Positions 17,967-27,456 of a stretch of DNA of 64,000 nt are shown here, piece after piece (within the stretch, counting starts at the first letter, position 1; every line of letters starts with the position of its first letter). A program made the position numbers and the translations under genes. The DNA is from Escherichia phage EJP2, in the sequence record OQ411014.1. One strand, given 5' to 3'. Below the pieces are notes generated by a model that searched no databases, was not told where the DNA came from, and saw only the letters and a list, made by a program, of their open reading frames with translations.

Positions 17967-18395
17967 ATGCGTGTATTTCGTTTTGAATTAAAATATTCTA
18001 TTCTTGAAGGTAAGTACAACTCTATCATTACTGGTATGGGACCATTCACATGGTACTACAAAGATTACAGTACTGAAGCTGGCTACCGTGCACTTGAAAT
18101 GAAAACGCTTGAAGAGTGTCAACCAGAGCCAGAGGATGATGGTATTCATGCTATTAAGAACGGATGGGCTTTTGGGTGTGACTCACTGGAATCGCTGTAT
18201 GAGTTCTTTAATGCTGATATCCAGGCTTTGAGTGCTGCTGGGTTTGCAGTGTCTGAATATGAAGTTCCTTATCAGCACGTAGACATTGGTCTACATCAAG
18301 TACAGTACTACAAAAAGAGTGCACAATTGCTAGCTATCCATGATGTGAATGAAATATTCAAATCAGTACTTGACAATTGTACTGTTCAGTACTAA
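17967..18395 (+). CDS. hypothetical protein
   Basis: 142 aa; RBS gagagga. Confidence 0.6.
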   Translation: MRVFRFELKYSILEGKYNSIITGMGPFTWYYKDYSTEAGYRALEMKTLEECQPEPEDDGIHAIKNGWAFGCDSLESLYEFFNADIQALSAAGFAVSEYEVPYQHVDIGLHQVQYYKKSAQLLAIHDVNEIFKSVLDNCTVQY

Positions 18396-18427
18396 ACTAT
18401 ATCTAACTTAACAGAGGAATCAAACAA

Positions 18428-19039
18428 ATGACTAAATGTGCTTACGGTCTGGACTATTCCATCAATGGTAAATTCACATCTCTCGGCACTTCTAACGATT
18501 GGCGTGCCATTTTTGAGACATTCATTAATGATGTTATTAGCACATCAGTTGAAAGTGTTGAATATGCAATCCTCACGTTCAACGATGAACCGATTGTAAA
18601 TTCAGTACTGGACGTTATTCTTTTTGGGATGGTAGAACACAAATATCGTGTAGTTCTTTTGAATAAAGAACGTGACACTATTATTTCATGTGCTTCTTAC
18701 AACGAAACATATAACATGCGTGAATGTAATTTATGCTCTGGTATTATTGAAGTAAAAGCAGTAAATCAAAACAACTTATGTTTTTCATTGGGTAAGGACT
18801 TTTCATTTAGTAGTGCTGATTTTGAAGTGTTCATGAATGATTGGAATACTATGCATCTCAAGACTAAAACTAAAATTTCTAGCTTACAACGCCCTACTGA
18901 AGTTGCAAAAAACGAGAATACTATTCAGTACCATGTCAGTACTGAATTAGAGAAAGCAATCAAAGTAATTGATTCTAATCCAGAAGAAGCAAAGCGTATT
19001 CTTAACGTAATGCAATATATGTTCACTAACAAAGGATAA
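18428..19039 (+). CDS. hypothetical protein
   Basis: 203 aa; RBS agagga. Confidence 0.6.
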   Translation: MTKCAYGLDYSINGKFTSLGTSNDWRAIFETFINDVISTSVESVEYAILTFNDEPIVNSVLDVILFGMVEHKYRVVLLNKERDTIISCASYNETYNMRECNLCSGIIEVKAVNQNNLCFSLGKDFSFSSADFEVFMNDWNTMHLKTKTKISSLQRPTEVAKNENTIQYHVSTELEKAIKVIDSNPEEAKRILNVMQYMFTNKG

Positions 19040-19044
19040 TTGAA

Positions 19045-19641
19045 ATGCTATTCAATAAAAGTAATTATTTTTCAGTACCGAAGGTTTCTGGCAAACCGCT
19101 CCAAATGACTTTTGATATGAATATCAGTACTATATTCTATAATTTGCTTCGCATTCAAAATAATGATAAAGAGTTCGTCTTGGGTAAAGCAGCAATTTAC
19201 AATTCAGATGATATTCCTTTGATTTGTGATTTTGATAAAATTCTTGAAGCAGCACGTTCAGCCACCAGTAGAGTATATAAATTCACTGTTTGTGATTTGT
19301 CACAGAAGGTACTTGATTATAGTTTCTATATGGATGAAGAAAGTTTGAAGGTAAGTATCACAAATATCATCAATGCAGACATTACCCTTGATAAGAAACC
19401 GCACCTTTCGATCACAGATAATGAGACTGGGGAAACTCGAAGTGGTACTGTGAATGAAATTTATGATCATTACTTCCATGCACAGATTGCACCTAAAAAT
19501 GATTCTACTATGTCTGTAGTACTGGACATGGAAGAAGTACTGAATGAAATGCGTCCTATTATTCAGAATGGTACTGACGTAGAAAAGTCCAACGCAAAAG
19601 CAATCCTGGCGTATGTTGCAGCTAAATTGGCTAAACAATAA
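19045..19641 (+). CDS. hypothetical protein; C-terminus paralogous to 24117-24779
   Basis: 198 aa; C-terminal EEVLNEMRPIIQNGTDVEKSNAKAILAYVAAKLAKQ resembles DEVVNDMREQIKSGTDKEKIEAKAVLSYIATKIALKQ. Confidence 0.6.
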   Translation: MLFNKSNYFSVPKVSGKPLQMTFDMNISTIFYNLLRIQNNDKEFVLGKAAIYNSDDIPLICDFDKILEAARSATSRVYKFTVCDLSQKVLDYSFYMDEESLKVSITNIINADITLDKKPHLSITDNETGETRSGTVNEIYDHYFHAQIAPKNDSTMSVVLDMEEVLNEMRPIIQNGTDVEKSNAKAILAYVAAKLAKQ

Positions 19642-19677
19642 AAGAAAAAAGGAGACTTTGTAGTCTCCTTTCTTTTT
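19641..19677. terminator. bidirectional rho-independent terminator between convergent genes
   Basis: A-run, hairpin aaaggagact-ttgt-agtctccttt, T-run. Confidence 0.7.
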
Positions 19678-20854
19678 ATGGTAAATCAAATTCCGTATAT
19701 GAATATTTGTATACACCATCTGGTCCACGACCTGAGTATCGTAATTTACCAGAAGTAGTTATATATGCTGAAGTAATATTACTAGTACTGAATATGTTAA
19801 ACACTGACTTCATATCATTCACTGTACCGTTACCGAATGGTATCAGGTTAAGTTCATTGCCGTTGACACCAGTACTCAATCTTCCTGAAGAATTTGCTCC
19901 ACAACCATATGCATTTGATGGGCTAAGAGCAACGTAACCAGTATTACTAGTATAATAACTTAGTAAACCAATAAAATTCTCTGTAGTGGCTATTTCAGTA
20001 AAGACTCTAATATTGACAGAACTATTCACTCCATTACCTAAGTTTCCAGCATTCTGGCTTCCCGCAGCATATAGATGTGTTTTACCAGTACCGTCACTGT
20101 ACAATATTGTGAATGCTGATTCAGTTAGACCAATATCAAAAACACTAAGACCTGGGTCTGGTAGTGGTACTTGTGTTAGCACATTTATTCTTGTATCTGG
20201 ATGACCAATACCGAGTTGACCAAATGAGTTTGAACCTGAAACCCAAACACTTAAATCATTTTTTAATATCAGTACTGATGAATTAACAAATTCAACTTTT
20301 TGAACATCTGATGTAAGTTTTGAGAAAGTAGTTAGTGCAAGATAATTACCAGTTGCTAGTTGGCCTTGGTTATTAAAACCGCTTCTATAAAGATCACCAT
20401 TGTTCATTAATATATATAATGCATATACACCAGCATGAACAGATGTTATTTGATTAAGATTCCCTGTACCTATACCAGCTTCAATAAATGGGGTACAATC
20501 AGTATATGATGTCACAACTTCAGTAGATGATGTATTGCCAGTTTGAAAGCTACGGCGACCAGTATATAATAATTTTCCATCCATAGTTTTAATGATAACA
20601 AAACTTGTGTTTGTACACCAAACATCTTGAACATCATCTCTGATTAAAGTCCACTCTAGCTTTTGTTCTGTTGGCTTTCCATCCCCATAGATATAATTAT
20701 CAACTGTTCCTCCACCGATACCATACAATCTGTTATCATCATATAATACCATAAATGCCGGACGAGACGATGCATAAGGTACTAATATTTTTGTAATTTC
20801 AGGTAATGAAGGTGCTTTATTACCATAATTAAGCATTCGTACAAAAGGTAACAT
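19676..20854 (-). CDS. RCC1-like beta-propeller protein, N-terminal MLPFVRMLNYGN (distal member of paralog family)
   Basis: 392 aa; motifs WVSGSNSFGQLGIGH and YRSGFNNQGQLATGN; conserved leader/N-terminus shared with array at 33.4-50.4 kb. Confidence 0.8.
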   Translation of the reverse strand: MLPFVRMLNYGNKAPSLPEITKILVPYASSRPAFMVLYDDNRLYGIGGGTVDNYIYGDGKPTEQKLEWTLIRDDVQDVWCTNTSFVIIKTMDGKLLYTGRRSFQTGNTSSTEVVTSYTDCTPFIEAGIGTGNLNQITSVHAGVYALYILMNNGDLYRSGFNNQGQLATGNYLALTTFSKLTSDVQKVEFVNSSVLILKNDLSVWVSGSNSFGQLGIGHPDTRINVLTQVPLPDPGLSVFDIGLTESAFTILYSDGTGKTHLYAAGSQNAGNLGNGVNSSVNIRVFTEIATTENFIGLLSYYTSNTGYVALSPSNAYGCGANSSGRLSTGVNGNELNLIPFGNGTVNDMKSVFNIFSTSNITSAYITTSGKLRYSGRGPDGVYKYSYTEFDLP

Positions 20855-20900
20855 AATTAAATCTCCGTCTAATAATTATAATGTATTTACCAAAAAGGAC

Positions 20901-20929
20901 TTGACAGTACTGAACAGTACTAGTAGAAT
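20901..20929 (+). promoter_or_regulatory. sigma70-type promoter
   Basis: TTGACA-N17-TAGAAT with two AGTACT copies in spacer. Confidence 0.55.
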
Positions 20930-20963
20930 TGTATCCAAGATAACTCACTAAGGAATATCCAAA

Positions 20964-21254
20964 ATGACAACTGTTACTTATTATCAAACACGCCGCCTTT
21001 TTGACATGACTGAAGGGCGTGGCCCAATGATCAATGATTTGGCATTCACTGAGTACCGCCATGCTGAAGCATACATCAACTCCCAACCTGGTGTTATGGG
21101 TCGTCGCTGTAACTGGACACAAGAGCGTCATGCGTCTGACTGGGACATTCAAACAGTACACGCCAGGACTGAAGCCTATGATCCACAAGAAGAAGCACGT
21201 CAGCGTGCATTAGCTAAACTAACCAAAGAAGAACGTAAACTACTAGGACTCTAA
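20964..21254 (+). CDS. hypothetical protein
   Basis: 96 aa; RBS aaggaa. Confidence 0.55.
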   Translation: MTTVTYYQTRRLFDMTEGRGPMINDLAFTEYRHAEAYINSQPGVMGRRCNWTQERHASDWDIQTVHARTEAYDPQEEARQRALAKLTKEERKLLGL

Positions 21255-21255
21255 T

Positions 21256-21468
21256 ATGACAGTACAACTAAAAACTTATAAAGAAGATGATAAAACATAT
21301 GTAGCTACTGGTTTTATCAAAGACAATGGCTTCCATCGTGCACACGATCAACGTCAATACACAGCAGAACGTGCTGGCGGTGAAGTACTCAACACTGACA
21401 GCTATGATGATGCATTAGCTTTCATTGCTGCCGGACTAGGTAAACCAGAGCGGTTATATACGTTATGA
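21256..21468 (+). CDS. hypothetical protein
   Basis: 70 aa; TAATATG spacing. Confidence 0.5.
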   Translation: MTVQLKTYKEDDKTYVATGFIKDNGFHRAHDQRQYTAERAGGEVLNTDSYDDALAFIAAGLGKPERLYTL

Positions 21469-21731
21469 AATACATTCTAGTACTTCTAAGTATCTTCTTT
21501 CTTACGGCATGTGAACCGGAAGAAGAACGTGAAGAACGTATTGATGCGAAGTATCTGGTGGCGAATGATTGTAAGTACACTGGCGAATCCTTTATAAACG
21601 AAGAAACCATTATGGTGGGTCCAGCCCGTTTCTCTAGGCCAGAGGTCGTTGAGAAGCGTTATTACGTGTATAAATGCAGTCAAGAGCGGAAGGTTCTCGC
21701 TACAGTTCGATTTGAAATTGAAAAAGAATAG
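21465..21731 (+). CDS. putative lipoprotein
   Basis: 88 aa; signal peptide with lipobox FFLTAC. Confidence 0.55.
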   Translation: MKYILVLLSIFFLTACEPEEEREERIDAKYLVANDCKYTGESFINEETIMVGPARFSRPEVVEKRYYVYKCSQERKVLATVRFEIEKE

Positions 21732-21759
21732 TTGACACACAATGGGAGTACTGTATAAT
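21732..21759 (+). promoter_or_regulatory. sigma70-type promoter
   Basis: TTGACA-N16-TATAAT. Confidence 0.65.
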
Positions 21760-21791
21760 ACTCCCATCTTAACGACAAAAGAGGAATTGAA

Positions 21792-21941
21792 ATGGAACGT
21801 GTATACTTGAACGTAATCACTGGTGCTAAACGTAAGTTCATCGGCAAAGAAGGATATTTCTGGATGAACAATAAGCAGTGGGTTCCTAATGGTACATCAG
21901 AAGAACTCATCAAAGCATTACCATATTACAAAGTACTCTAA
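21792..21941 (+). CDS. hypothetical small protein (49 aa)
   Basis: ATG 7 nt after RBS gaggaa, downstream of promoter; not in ORF track. Confidence 0.4.
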   Translation: MERVYLNVITGAKRKFIGKEGYFWMNNKQWVPNGTSEELIKALPYYKVL

Positions 21942-21958
21942 CTATAGGAATCAATCCC

Positions 21959-22606
21959 ATGCTCAAAGATATATCAATTGATGTAGATGCACTGAATGAA
22001 GAGTACAAAGATAAAGGGATTGATTTTTTTGAAACCGTAAGGGAAAACCCAATTAATGGTTCAAAACTACAAGTTACAATGGGAGTTGTTAATCCATTAC
22101 ATCCAGCAATACAGGCAAAGAAACTACCTATTAGTACTAAACCAATACGCCTTATGCTCGCGGCACATTGTAGTACTGGTATCTATATGGGATTCCCATT
22201 ACATGAAACTATTCGCAAGTACAGCAAAAGCGAAGTTGTTTCTCGTATGGTTGAGTTTGATTTGAGTACTGGAATGTGGTATGATTCTCATGAAGTGGCA
22301 CAGTCCTTCAATGAGAAGGAATTACCTTCTGGAAAGGCTCCTGCCGATATTACTCGCTTGAGTAGTTCTTATGGTTTAGCTGATAACATCAAGCAAATCA
22401 TCAAGCACTACAGAAAAGTAATTAACAGGAGTGACTTCAATGTAGTGCTGCATATTACGTACAACAATGAAAAGCAACTGGCTGGATTGCGTTGGCATAA
22501 ATGCGGGAAGTACTTGGGTAAGCATAAACAGAAGCACGAATACTTAGAAGAAGATAATATAAAGAGTATTCTACAATTCCACCTTTATGTACTGAAGGAG
22601 GACTAA
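21959..22606 (+). CDS. hypothetical protein
   Basis: 215-aa ORF. Confidence 0.6.
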   Translation: MLKDISIDVDALNEEYKDKGIDFFETVRENPINGSKLQVTMGVVNPLHPAIQAKKLPISTKPIRLMLAAHCSTGIYMGFPLHETIRKYSKSEVVSRMVEFDLSTGMWYDSHEVAQSFNEKELPSGKAPADITRLSSSYGLADNIKQIIKHYRKVINRSDFNVVLHITYNNEKQLAGLRWHKCGKYLGKHKQKHEYLEEDNIKSILQFHLYVLKED

Positions 22607-22765
22607 ATGAATCATGATAAGATTCAAGAAATTGAAGAGAAGCGTAATCACTTAAACGCACTCACGTATGAAATGACACAGACTGCTGATGTGGTGATGG
22701 GAGTATTATCAACATCCGCAGTTCTTTCAGTACTGATAGCGATTTATATATTTTTCTTGTCATGA
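22607..22765 (+). CDS. hypothetical small protein with C-terminal TM helix (52 aa)
   Basis: ATG directly after upstream stop with RBS aaggagg; not in ORF track. Confidence 0.4.
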   Translation: MNHDKIQEIEEKRNHLNALTYEMTQTADVVMGVLSTSAVLSVLIAIYIFFLS

Positions 22766-22831
22766 AGTGTTTGACAATCTTAGTATCATCTAGTATGATG
22801 TTTGTACTATAATGATATAAGGAAATACAAA

Positions 22832-23077
22832 ATGAAATTTATTAGTGCAATTATTCTTTCGATGACTTTATTGGTTGGATGTTCAACTGATTTCATGAAA
22901 GAAGCATACGTTGGTGAAGTGAATGGACGTACAATCGTCTTCTTCAAAGATATCCAACGTAACGGTATGCAGTACTACACTCCGCAGTTTGCATCTGTAT
23001 GCCGTGATATGTTCGGGGTAAGTTCACCATGTAGGATAAAAGAAACTGCAATCAAAAACATTCGTCCATACAAATAA
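22832..23077 (+). CDS. putative lipoprotein
   Basis: track ORF starts at TTG 22802; ATG at 22832 follows RBS aaggaaa; signal peptide with lipobox LLVGC. Confidence 0.55.
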   Translation: MKFISAIILSMTLLVGCSTDFMKEAYVGEVNGRTIVFFKDIQRNGMQYYTPQFASVCRDMFGVSSPCRIKETAIKNIRPYK

Positions 23078-23088
23078 GGAAACACAAT

Positions 23089-23412
23089 ATGTTTATTCTT
23101 TCTTTCCCACTGTTCGTTCTGCTTATCTGTTATATTGCAGTAGTAGCAGTAGGTTCTAAGTACAAAGATCTCCCTGAATATCTGAACATTGGTGACGGTC
23201 AAACAAATTCGCTACGCTTTGTTCTGGGTGCAACGTTTGTATCATTAGGGTTCCAAATTCTTGGTCTGTTCTTTGCGTTTGCAATTAGTCTAGGACTGTT
23301 GTTTTCAACTATTGCTTCAGTCCTTGCGTGGTGGTGGTTGTTTGAAACATTCCAGTCTGGTAAGATCAAGATCTGGTACAAAGATGCTAAAGCATATTTC
23401 GATCAGGACTAA
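23089..23412 (+). CDS. hypothetical integral membrane protein
   Basis: 107 aa; three hydrophobic helices. Confidence 0.6.
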   Translation: MFILSFPLFVLLICYIAVVAVGSKYKDLPEYLNIGDGQTNSLRFVLGATFVSLGFQILGLFFAFAISLGLLFSTIASVLAWWWLFETFQSGKIKIWYKDAKAYFDQD

Positions 23413-23467
23413 TTGATTCATTGTTTCATCGGGGTTAACATGTGTTAGCCCTTTTTTGTAGGTAATA

Positions 23468-23851
23468 ATGCGAGCGATGATTAGTATAGATAAGAAAGGT
23501 GCAACTCGGATTGTATTCTTGACGAAGAGATACGCAATCAAGATACCATCTTTCTATTCGTGGAAAATGTTCTTACATGGATTGATTGCTAATCTAAATG
23601 AAAGAGCATTCAAAGAGTACTCATGTTCTCCTGGTTCTGGATTATGCCCTACTGTATATGCGTCAGGAACGGGTCTAATAAGCATTCAGAAGAGATGTTT
23701 ACCAGTACAGCACAGAGGTATGTTCTGGGTGGAATTGGCTCACCTAGCGTGCAGTACTGTACTACATGAGGACTTCTTTTATTCGGATGCGAAGCCTGAG
23801 AACTTCGGGTATATAGATGGGAAGTTAGTAAAATTGGATTACGGAGATTGA
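23468..23851 (+). CDS. hypothetical protein
   Basis: 127-aa ORF. Confidence 0.5.
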   Translation: MRAMISIDKKGATRIVFLTKRYAIKIPSFYSWKMFLHGLIANLNERAFKEYSCSPGSGLCPTVYASGTGLISIQKRCLPVQHRGMFWVELAHLACSTVLHEDFFYSDAKPENFGYIDGKLVKLDYGD

Positions 23852-23852
23852 T

Positions 23853-24041
23853 ATGCTAATTTACAATAACAATGGTATTAGAGTACTTCAGCATGAATAC
23901 TTACAAGTGTTTCATGTACAGAAGTTCATGGAGGGTGATAATCCTCGGAGCTATGGTCGTACGATGGATTACTTCACTGTAAAGGAATGCTATAGTATTC
24001 AAGAAGTTCGTGAAGTTGTATCTGAATTACTTGAAGAATAA
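23853..24041 (+). CDS. hypothetical protein
   Basis: 62-aa ORF. Confidence 0.5.
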   Translation: MLIYNNNGIRVLQHEYLQVFHVQKFMEGDNPRSYGRTMDYFTVKECYSIQEVREVVSELLEE

Positions 24042-24050
24042 TATTAGAAA

Positions 24051-24076
24051 GGGGTTGACTTCGGTCGGCCCTTTTT
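24051..24076 (+). terminator. terminator-promoter cassette
   Basis: ggggttgac-ttcg-gtcggccc + T5; TTGACT then TTATAAT ~18 nt downstream. Confidence 0.65.
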
Positions 24077-24116
24077 GTTATAATCATTACATCGACAACC
24101 AATAGGAAATCTAAAA

Positions 24117-24779
24117 ATGCCAATTCCATTGTTTCATGAAAGTAATACATTCACTATCTACAAAAATAATGGCGAACTGAAGACTATTCACTTCACTGGT
24201 CACAAAGTAGGTTTGTATTACAAGTTGTATTCAATCCTACGTAAGAGTCACAACTTCAATATGCCTTCAGTAACTGTACGTGATATTACAGGGCGGGTAT
24301 TATCCAATGGAAACTTCTTGGATATCTATTTTGAGTTGATTGATGTATTGAAAGCAGAACACAAGTACTCAATCATGACGACCAATAGTGTTGGTGAAGA
24401 TCTATATCACTTCCGTGATGAACCTGAAGGTGTACTGCAACAACTGAAGCATCTGAGAGATACATATACTAAAAATGGTGATCCGCGTCGTTTTGAATAT
24501 CACACAGTAGTACGAAGAGATGACTCATCGTTTATTCGTAACAAGTTGGATTATTTGATTATAGAATACCAGAAAATTGCTGATGCAGAGAACTCAGAGA
24601 AAGCTGGCGAAACCGACTGCATTGGTGAAACTGGCGAAATGGGGTTAGGTGTGTACCTGGAGTTCGATGAAGTAGTGAACGATATGCGTGAGCAAATCAA
24701 ATCAGGTACTGACAAAGAGAAGATTGAAGCTAAAGCAGTACTGTCATATATCGCTACTAAAATAGCACTGAAACAGTAA
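24117..24779 (+). CDS. hypothetical protein; C-terminus paralogous to 19045-19641
   Basis: 220 aa; RBS aggaaa. Confidence 0.6.
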   Translation: MPIPLFHESNTFTIYKNNGELKTIHFTGHKVGLYYKLYSILRKSHNFNMPSVTVRDITGRVLSNGNFLDIYFELIDVLKAEHKYSIMTTNSVGEDLYHFRDEPEGVLQQLKHLRDTYTKNGDPRRFEYHTVVRRDDSSFIRNKLDYLIIEYQKIADAENSEKAGETDCIGETGEMGLGVYLEFDEVVNDMREQIKSGTDKEKIEAKAVLSYIATKIALKQ

Positions 24780-24785
24780 AATAAA

Positions 24786-24811
24786 AGGGTTGACTTCGGT
24801 CGGCCCTTTTT
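24786..24811 (+). terminator. terminator-promoter cassette
   Basis: gggttgac-ttcg-gtcggccc + T5 then TATAAT. Confidence 0.65.
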
Positions 24812-24849
24812 GCTATAATCATTTCAACTTCTGATGAAAGGAAAATTAT

Positions 24850-25098
24850 ATGTTCGCACTACGCCACAAAGAAACAAAGAACTTCATGTGTATTGATACA
24901 CAGTGGGATTGCTTTGGTAGTACTGAAGTATTGGAAGAACACGCTGAGAACGTCTTTGTTGTTAGTGAACGTTCATTGTTGGAAGCACTAATTGAGGACT
25001 TCAATGCTGGTACTAATGCATTCTCTCTGAACTTTCCGGTTGTTGCAGATCCAGAAGCATTTGTTATGTACGAAATTGTAGAACTTACTGTGAAATAG
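24850..25098 (+). CDS. hypothetical protein
   Basis: 82 aa; RBS aaggaaa. Confidence 0.55.
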   Translation: MFALRHKETKNFMCIDTQWDCFGSTEVLEEHAENVFVVSERSLLEALIEDFNAGTNAFSLNFPVVADPEAFVMYEIVELTVK

Positions 25099-25115
25099 TA
25101 TCATTGGAGATAACC

Positions 25116-25412
25116 ATGAAAGCACTGACCGCCGTAGAAATCAAAGAGCAATACAAAGATTTATTCGAGTTTAAACACAACGGTGAAGAATTCAAACGTA
25201 GTAGTACTGTACGTGACTTCTTGAACAAACTCTTCTGTACTAAGTTCAAAGCTGCGTACATTACTATGCCTGAGCGTACTTCAAGTGCAGAAGATATCAA
25301 GAAGTTCGGTTTAGGTTGGGATGCACAATCAATCATCCTGGTGAATGCAGATGAAGAGCTAGTGTACTTGACTAACTCCGAGTGGGCTTCTTTCATGTAT
25401 CTTCGTAAATAA
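25116..25412 (+). CDS. hypothetical protein
   Basis: track ORF starts at TTG 25104; ATG at 25116 follows RBS ggagataa (98 aa). Confidence 0.55.
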   Translation: MKALTAVEIKEQYKDLFEFKHNGEEFKRSSTVRDFLNKLFCTKFKAAYITMPERTSSAEDIKKFGLGWDAQSIILVNADEELVYLTNSEWASFMYLRK

Positions 25413-25421
25413 GGAACTATA

Positions 25422-25604
25422 ATGAAACTGAAACGTTATGACCGCAATCGTATTATGGATGCTTTGTATCGTGAAGAAATTTCACTCAATAAGGTGAAAG
25501 TGTACTTTATGTTAGAAGGACGGCTTCCAGCACGTAAAGCTAAACAGTTAGCTATTGAACTGTTGAACGAAGGTATTGAGTACTGGCATTATGACGGATA
25601 TTGA
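25422..25604 (+). CDS. hypothetical small protein
   Basis: 60 aa; RBS aaggaa. Confidence 0.5.
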   Translation: MKLKRYDRNRIMDALYREEISLNKVKVYFMLEGRLPARKAKQLAIELLNEGIEYWHYDGY

Positions 25605-25616
25605 TTTGTGAAATAA

Positions 25617-25645
25617 AAGGTTGACTTCGGTCAGCCTTTTTCGTA
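25617..25645 (+). terminator. terminator-promoter cassette (near-identical copies at 27457 and 27751)
   Basis: aaaggttgac-ttcg-gtcagccttttt then cgTATTATgtactcatcgaaacgaaggag. Confidence 0.7.
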
Positions 25646-25680
25646 TTATGTACTCATCGAAACGAAGGAGATATAAAAAA

Positions 25681-25917
25681 ATGAAACTATCTTTTATACG
25701 ATTGGGTCAATTCTTCGGTACTAATGTTATAACTTTACAACAAATTGCAGATAATACATCTCTAACGATTCAAGAAGTACTTGACTTGGATGACATAAAT
25801 TACGATACTACATGTATCGAGTACAAAGAAGGTCTTATCGAAAAGGATAAGATTCAGGCTAAAATTAATGGTGCTGGAAAAGTTCAGTACTGGAAGGGAG
25901 TGTTAAGTAATGTGTAA
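25681..25917 (+). CDS. hypothetical protein
   Basis: track ORF starts at TTG in terminator (25621); ATG at 25681 follows RBS aaggag (78 aa). Confidence 0.5.
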   Translation: MKLSFIRLGQFFGTNVITLQQIADNTSLTIQEVLDLDDINYDTTCIEYKEGLIEKDKIQAKINGAGKVQYWKGVLSNV

Positions 25918-27007
25918 CTTTGATGTTTTAGATTGTTTTTCTGTAGATGAAATTATTTATGAACCCAAATCACATAATTCAGTATCCCCAGGGCAATATG
26001 AAAAGAAAATAACAGAGTTATTTTCATTAAATGATCATAATGTTGTTTTTATCGGATTCAATATGAAAACCGCCAATGAATGGCAAGCGGGTGATACTAA
26101 AGTACATTTTAAACTCGTCAACAAATATTACGAGGATATTTTTTCTGATGTGACAATAGAAAAGATTATCAAAAAATTTAAGAAAAAAACCTACAAACCT
26201 AAACATAAAAAATTAACAATGGAAATTATTGAATATCAGGCCAAGGCTGTATCTTACTTAAAAGGCCATCGGATTATATCATTTGGTCCATTTGATGGTG
26301 CACTCACTAAAATTGAGATGGAATGTCTAATGGATTCACATACGTGGTCTACCAGTTACAATTCATATGTGACAAATGACAAAGGTTGTGTTAAATGTGG
26401 AATTGTAGTGACCTCTGAGTTTCACCGGACAAATCACGATGATGTGAACTTGTTCTTAAAAGAAAATGGAGATATTAACAATTATGATTTATATGAAGAA
26501 TTCATATATTCTAATAATTTAACAATAATAAAAAGAATTTGCAAAATATGTAATCATGGTAAATGTGGAGAATGGAAAACGTCTTATGAATGCATTAAGA
26601 ATCGTGATCATCAGTGTCCAGTATGTAAGACAACTGAAGCTCGGTGCATCAAACGTGATCTAGATCCGATTTTTAGTGGGTTCGGTGTGGTAGAATGTGA
26701 AAAAAAATATGATGATTGTAGGATGATTAATCATTTACGCTACGACCGCTTCATCCCGAAACTCAACATGTTATTTGAATATGATGGAGAGCAACATTTC
26801 AATAAGAGGAACATTCGTTGGCATGGTGAAAGTGGTGAAAAACGTGATCAAATAAAAACAGAGTTCGCAATCAACAACGGTTACAACTTCATTAGGATTG
26901 CATACTATGAAGACCACGTTGCAGTACTGGAATCTTTCCTTAAACTCATAGAAGAGAACCCAGGAAAGCAAATCGTACAGATCTATGGTGATGTGAAAAT
27001 TATCTAA
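25910..27007 (+). CDS. Cys-rich zinc-finger protein with C-terminal DUF559/Vsr-like endonuclease-fold motif
   Basis: 365 aa; CxxC clusters (CKICNHGKCGEW, CPVCKTTEARC); C-terminal FEYDGEQHF...RDQIKTEF...GYNFIRIAYYE resembles the EVDGxQH motif of DUF559 proteins. Confidence 0.6.
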   Translation: MCNFDVLDCFSVDEIIYEPKSHNSVSPGQYEKKITELFSLNDHNVVFIGFNMKTANEWQAGDTKVHFKLVNKYYEDIFSDVTIEKIIKKFKKKTYKPKHKKLTMEIIEYQAKAVSYLKGHRIISFGPFDGALTKIEMECLMDSHTWSTSYNSYVTNDKGCVKCGIVVTSEFHRTNHDDVNLFLKENGDINNYDLYEEFIYSNNLTIIKRICKICNHGKCGEWKTSYECIKNRDHQCPVCKTTEARCIKRDLDPIFSGFGVVECEKKYDDCRMINHLRYDRFIPKLNMLFEYDGEQHFNKRNIRWHGESGEKRDQIKTEFAINNGYNFIRIAYYEDHVAVLESFLKLIEENPGKQIVQIYGDVKII

Positions 27008-27013
27008 AATAAA

Positions 27014-27038
27014 AGGTTGACTTCGGTCAGCCTTTTTG
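27014..27038 (+). terminator. terminator-promoter cassette
   Basis: aggttgac-ttcg-gtcagcct + T5 then TATTAT. Confidence 0.65.
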
Positions 27039-27181
27039 CTATTATATCAGTACTATCAATGTGAAAGAGTTCGATAAACATCTGAAGAAGAATGGCTTCG
27101 ATACGAACAACTTTGCTATCAGTAGTATTACTGAAATCATGATTCAATACAACATTATTGTAGATACATTACGAGGGTAAA

Positions 27182-27448
27182 ATGAAACCAATCACAACAA
27201 CACAGAGTACTAACCTAACGGTTTTACATGATGGTTTAAAAGGTACAGTACGTGATCTTCTGAACTTCATTGATAGTATTCAAGGTGATACCGGATACTG
27301 CATTTATACTACTATCATTCCTGGTGGTACAGAACTGTACTTCACCAATATGGAAGTATCGGAATCGGGTGAAACTGATGATTCATTCCAAGAAGCCATC
27401 CAACAATTTCAGGAATCCTTAGAGGATTTAGGTTTTACGGTACAATGA
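27182..27448 (+). CDS. hypothetical acidic protein
   Basis: 88-aa ORF. Confidence 0.55.
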   Translation: MKPITTTQSTNLTVLHDGLKGTVRDLLNFIDSIQGDTGYCIYTTIIPGGTELYFTNMEVSESGETDDSFQEAIQQFQESLEDLGFTVQ

Positions 27449-27456
27449 CGAAAAAA

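Noticed and set aside
19707-20204. Plus-strand ORFs embedded in the beta-propeller genes (19707-19937, 19986-20204, and likewise 34689-34955, 37568-37783, 38526-38804, 41209-41523, 46528-46854 and others)
   Set aside because: Antisense to long minus-strand genes with a conserved start context; Gly/Thr-rich coding on one strand commonly yields open frames on the other.
20829-21188. 119-aa minus-strand ORF overlapping the start of a paralog and two plus-strand genes
   Set aside because: It spans the divergent promoter region and overlaps better-supported genes on both sides; no RBS.
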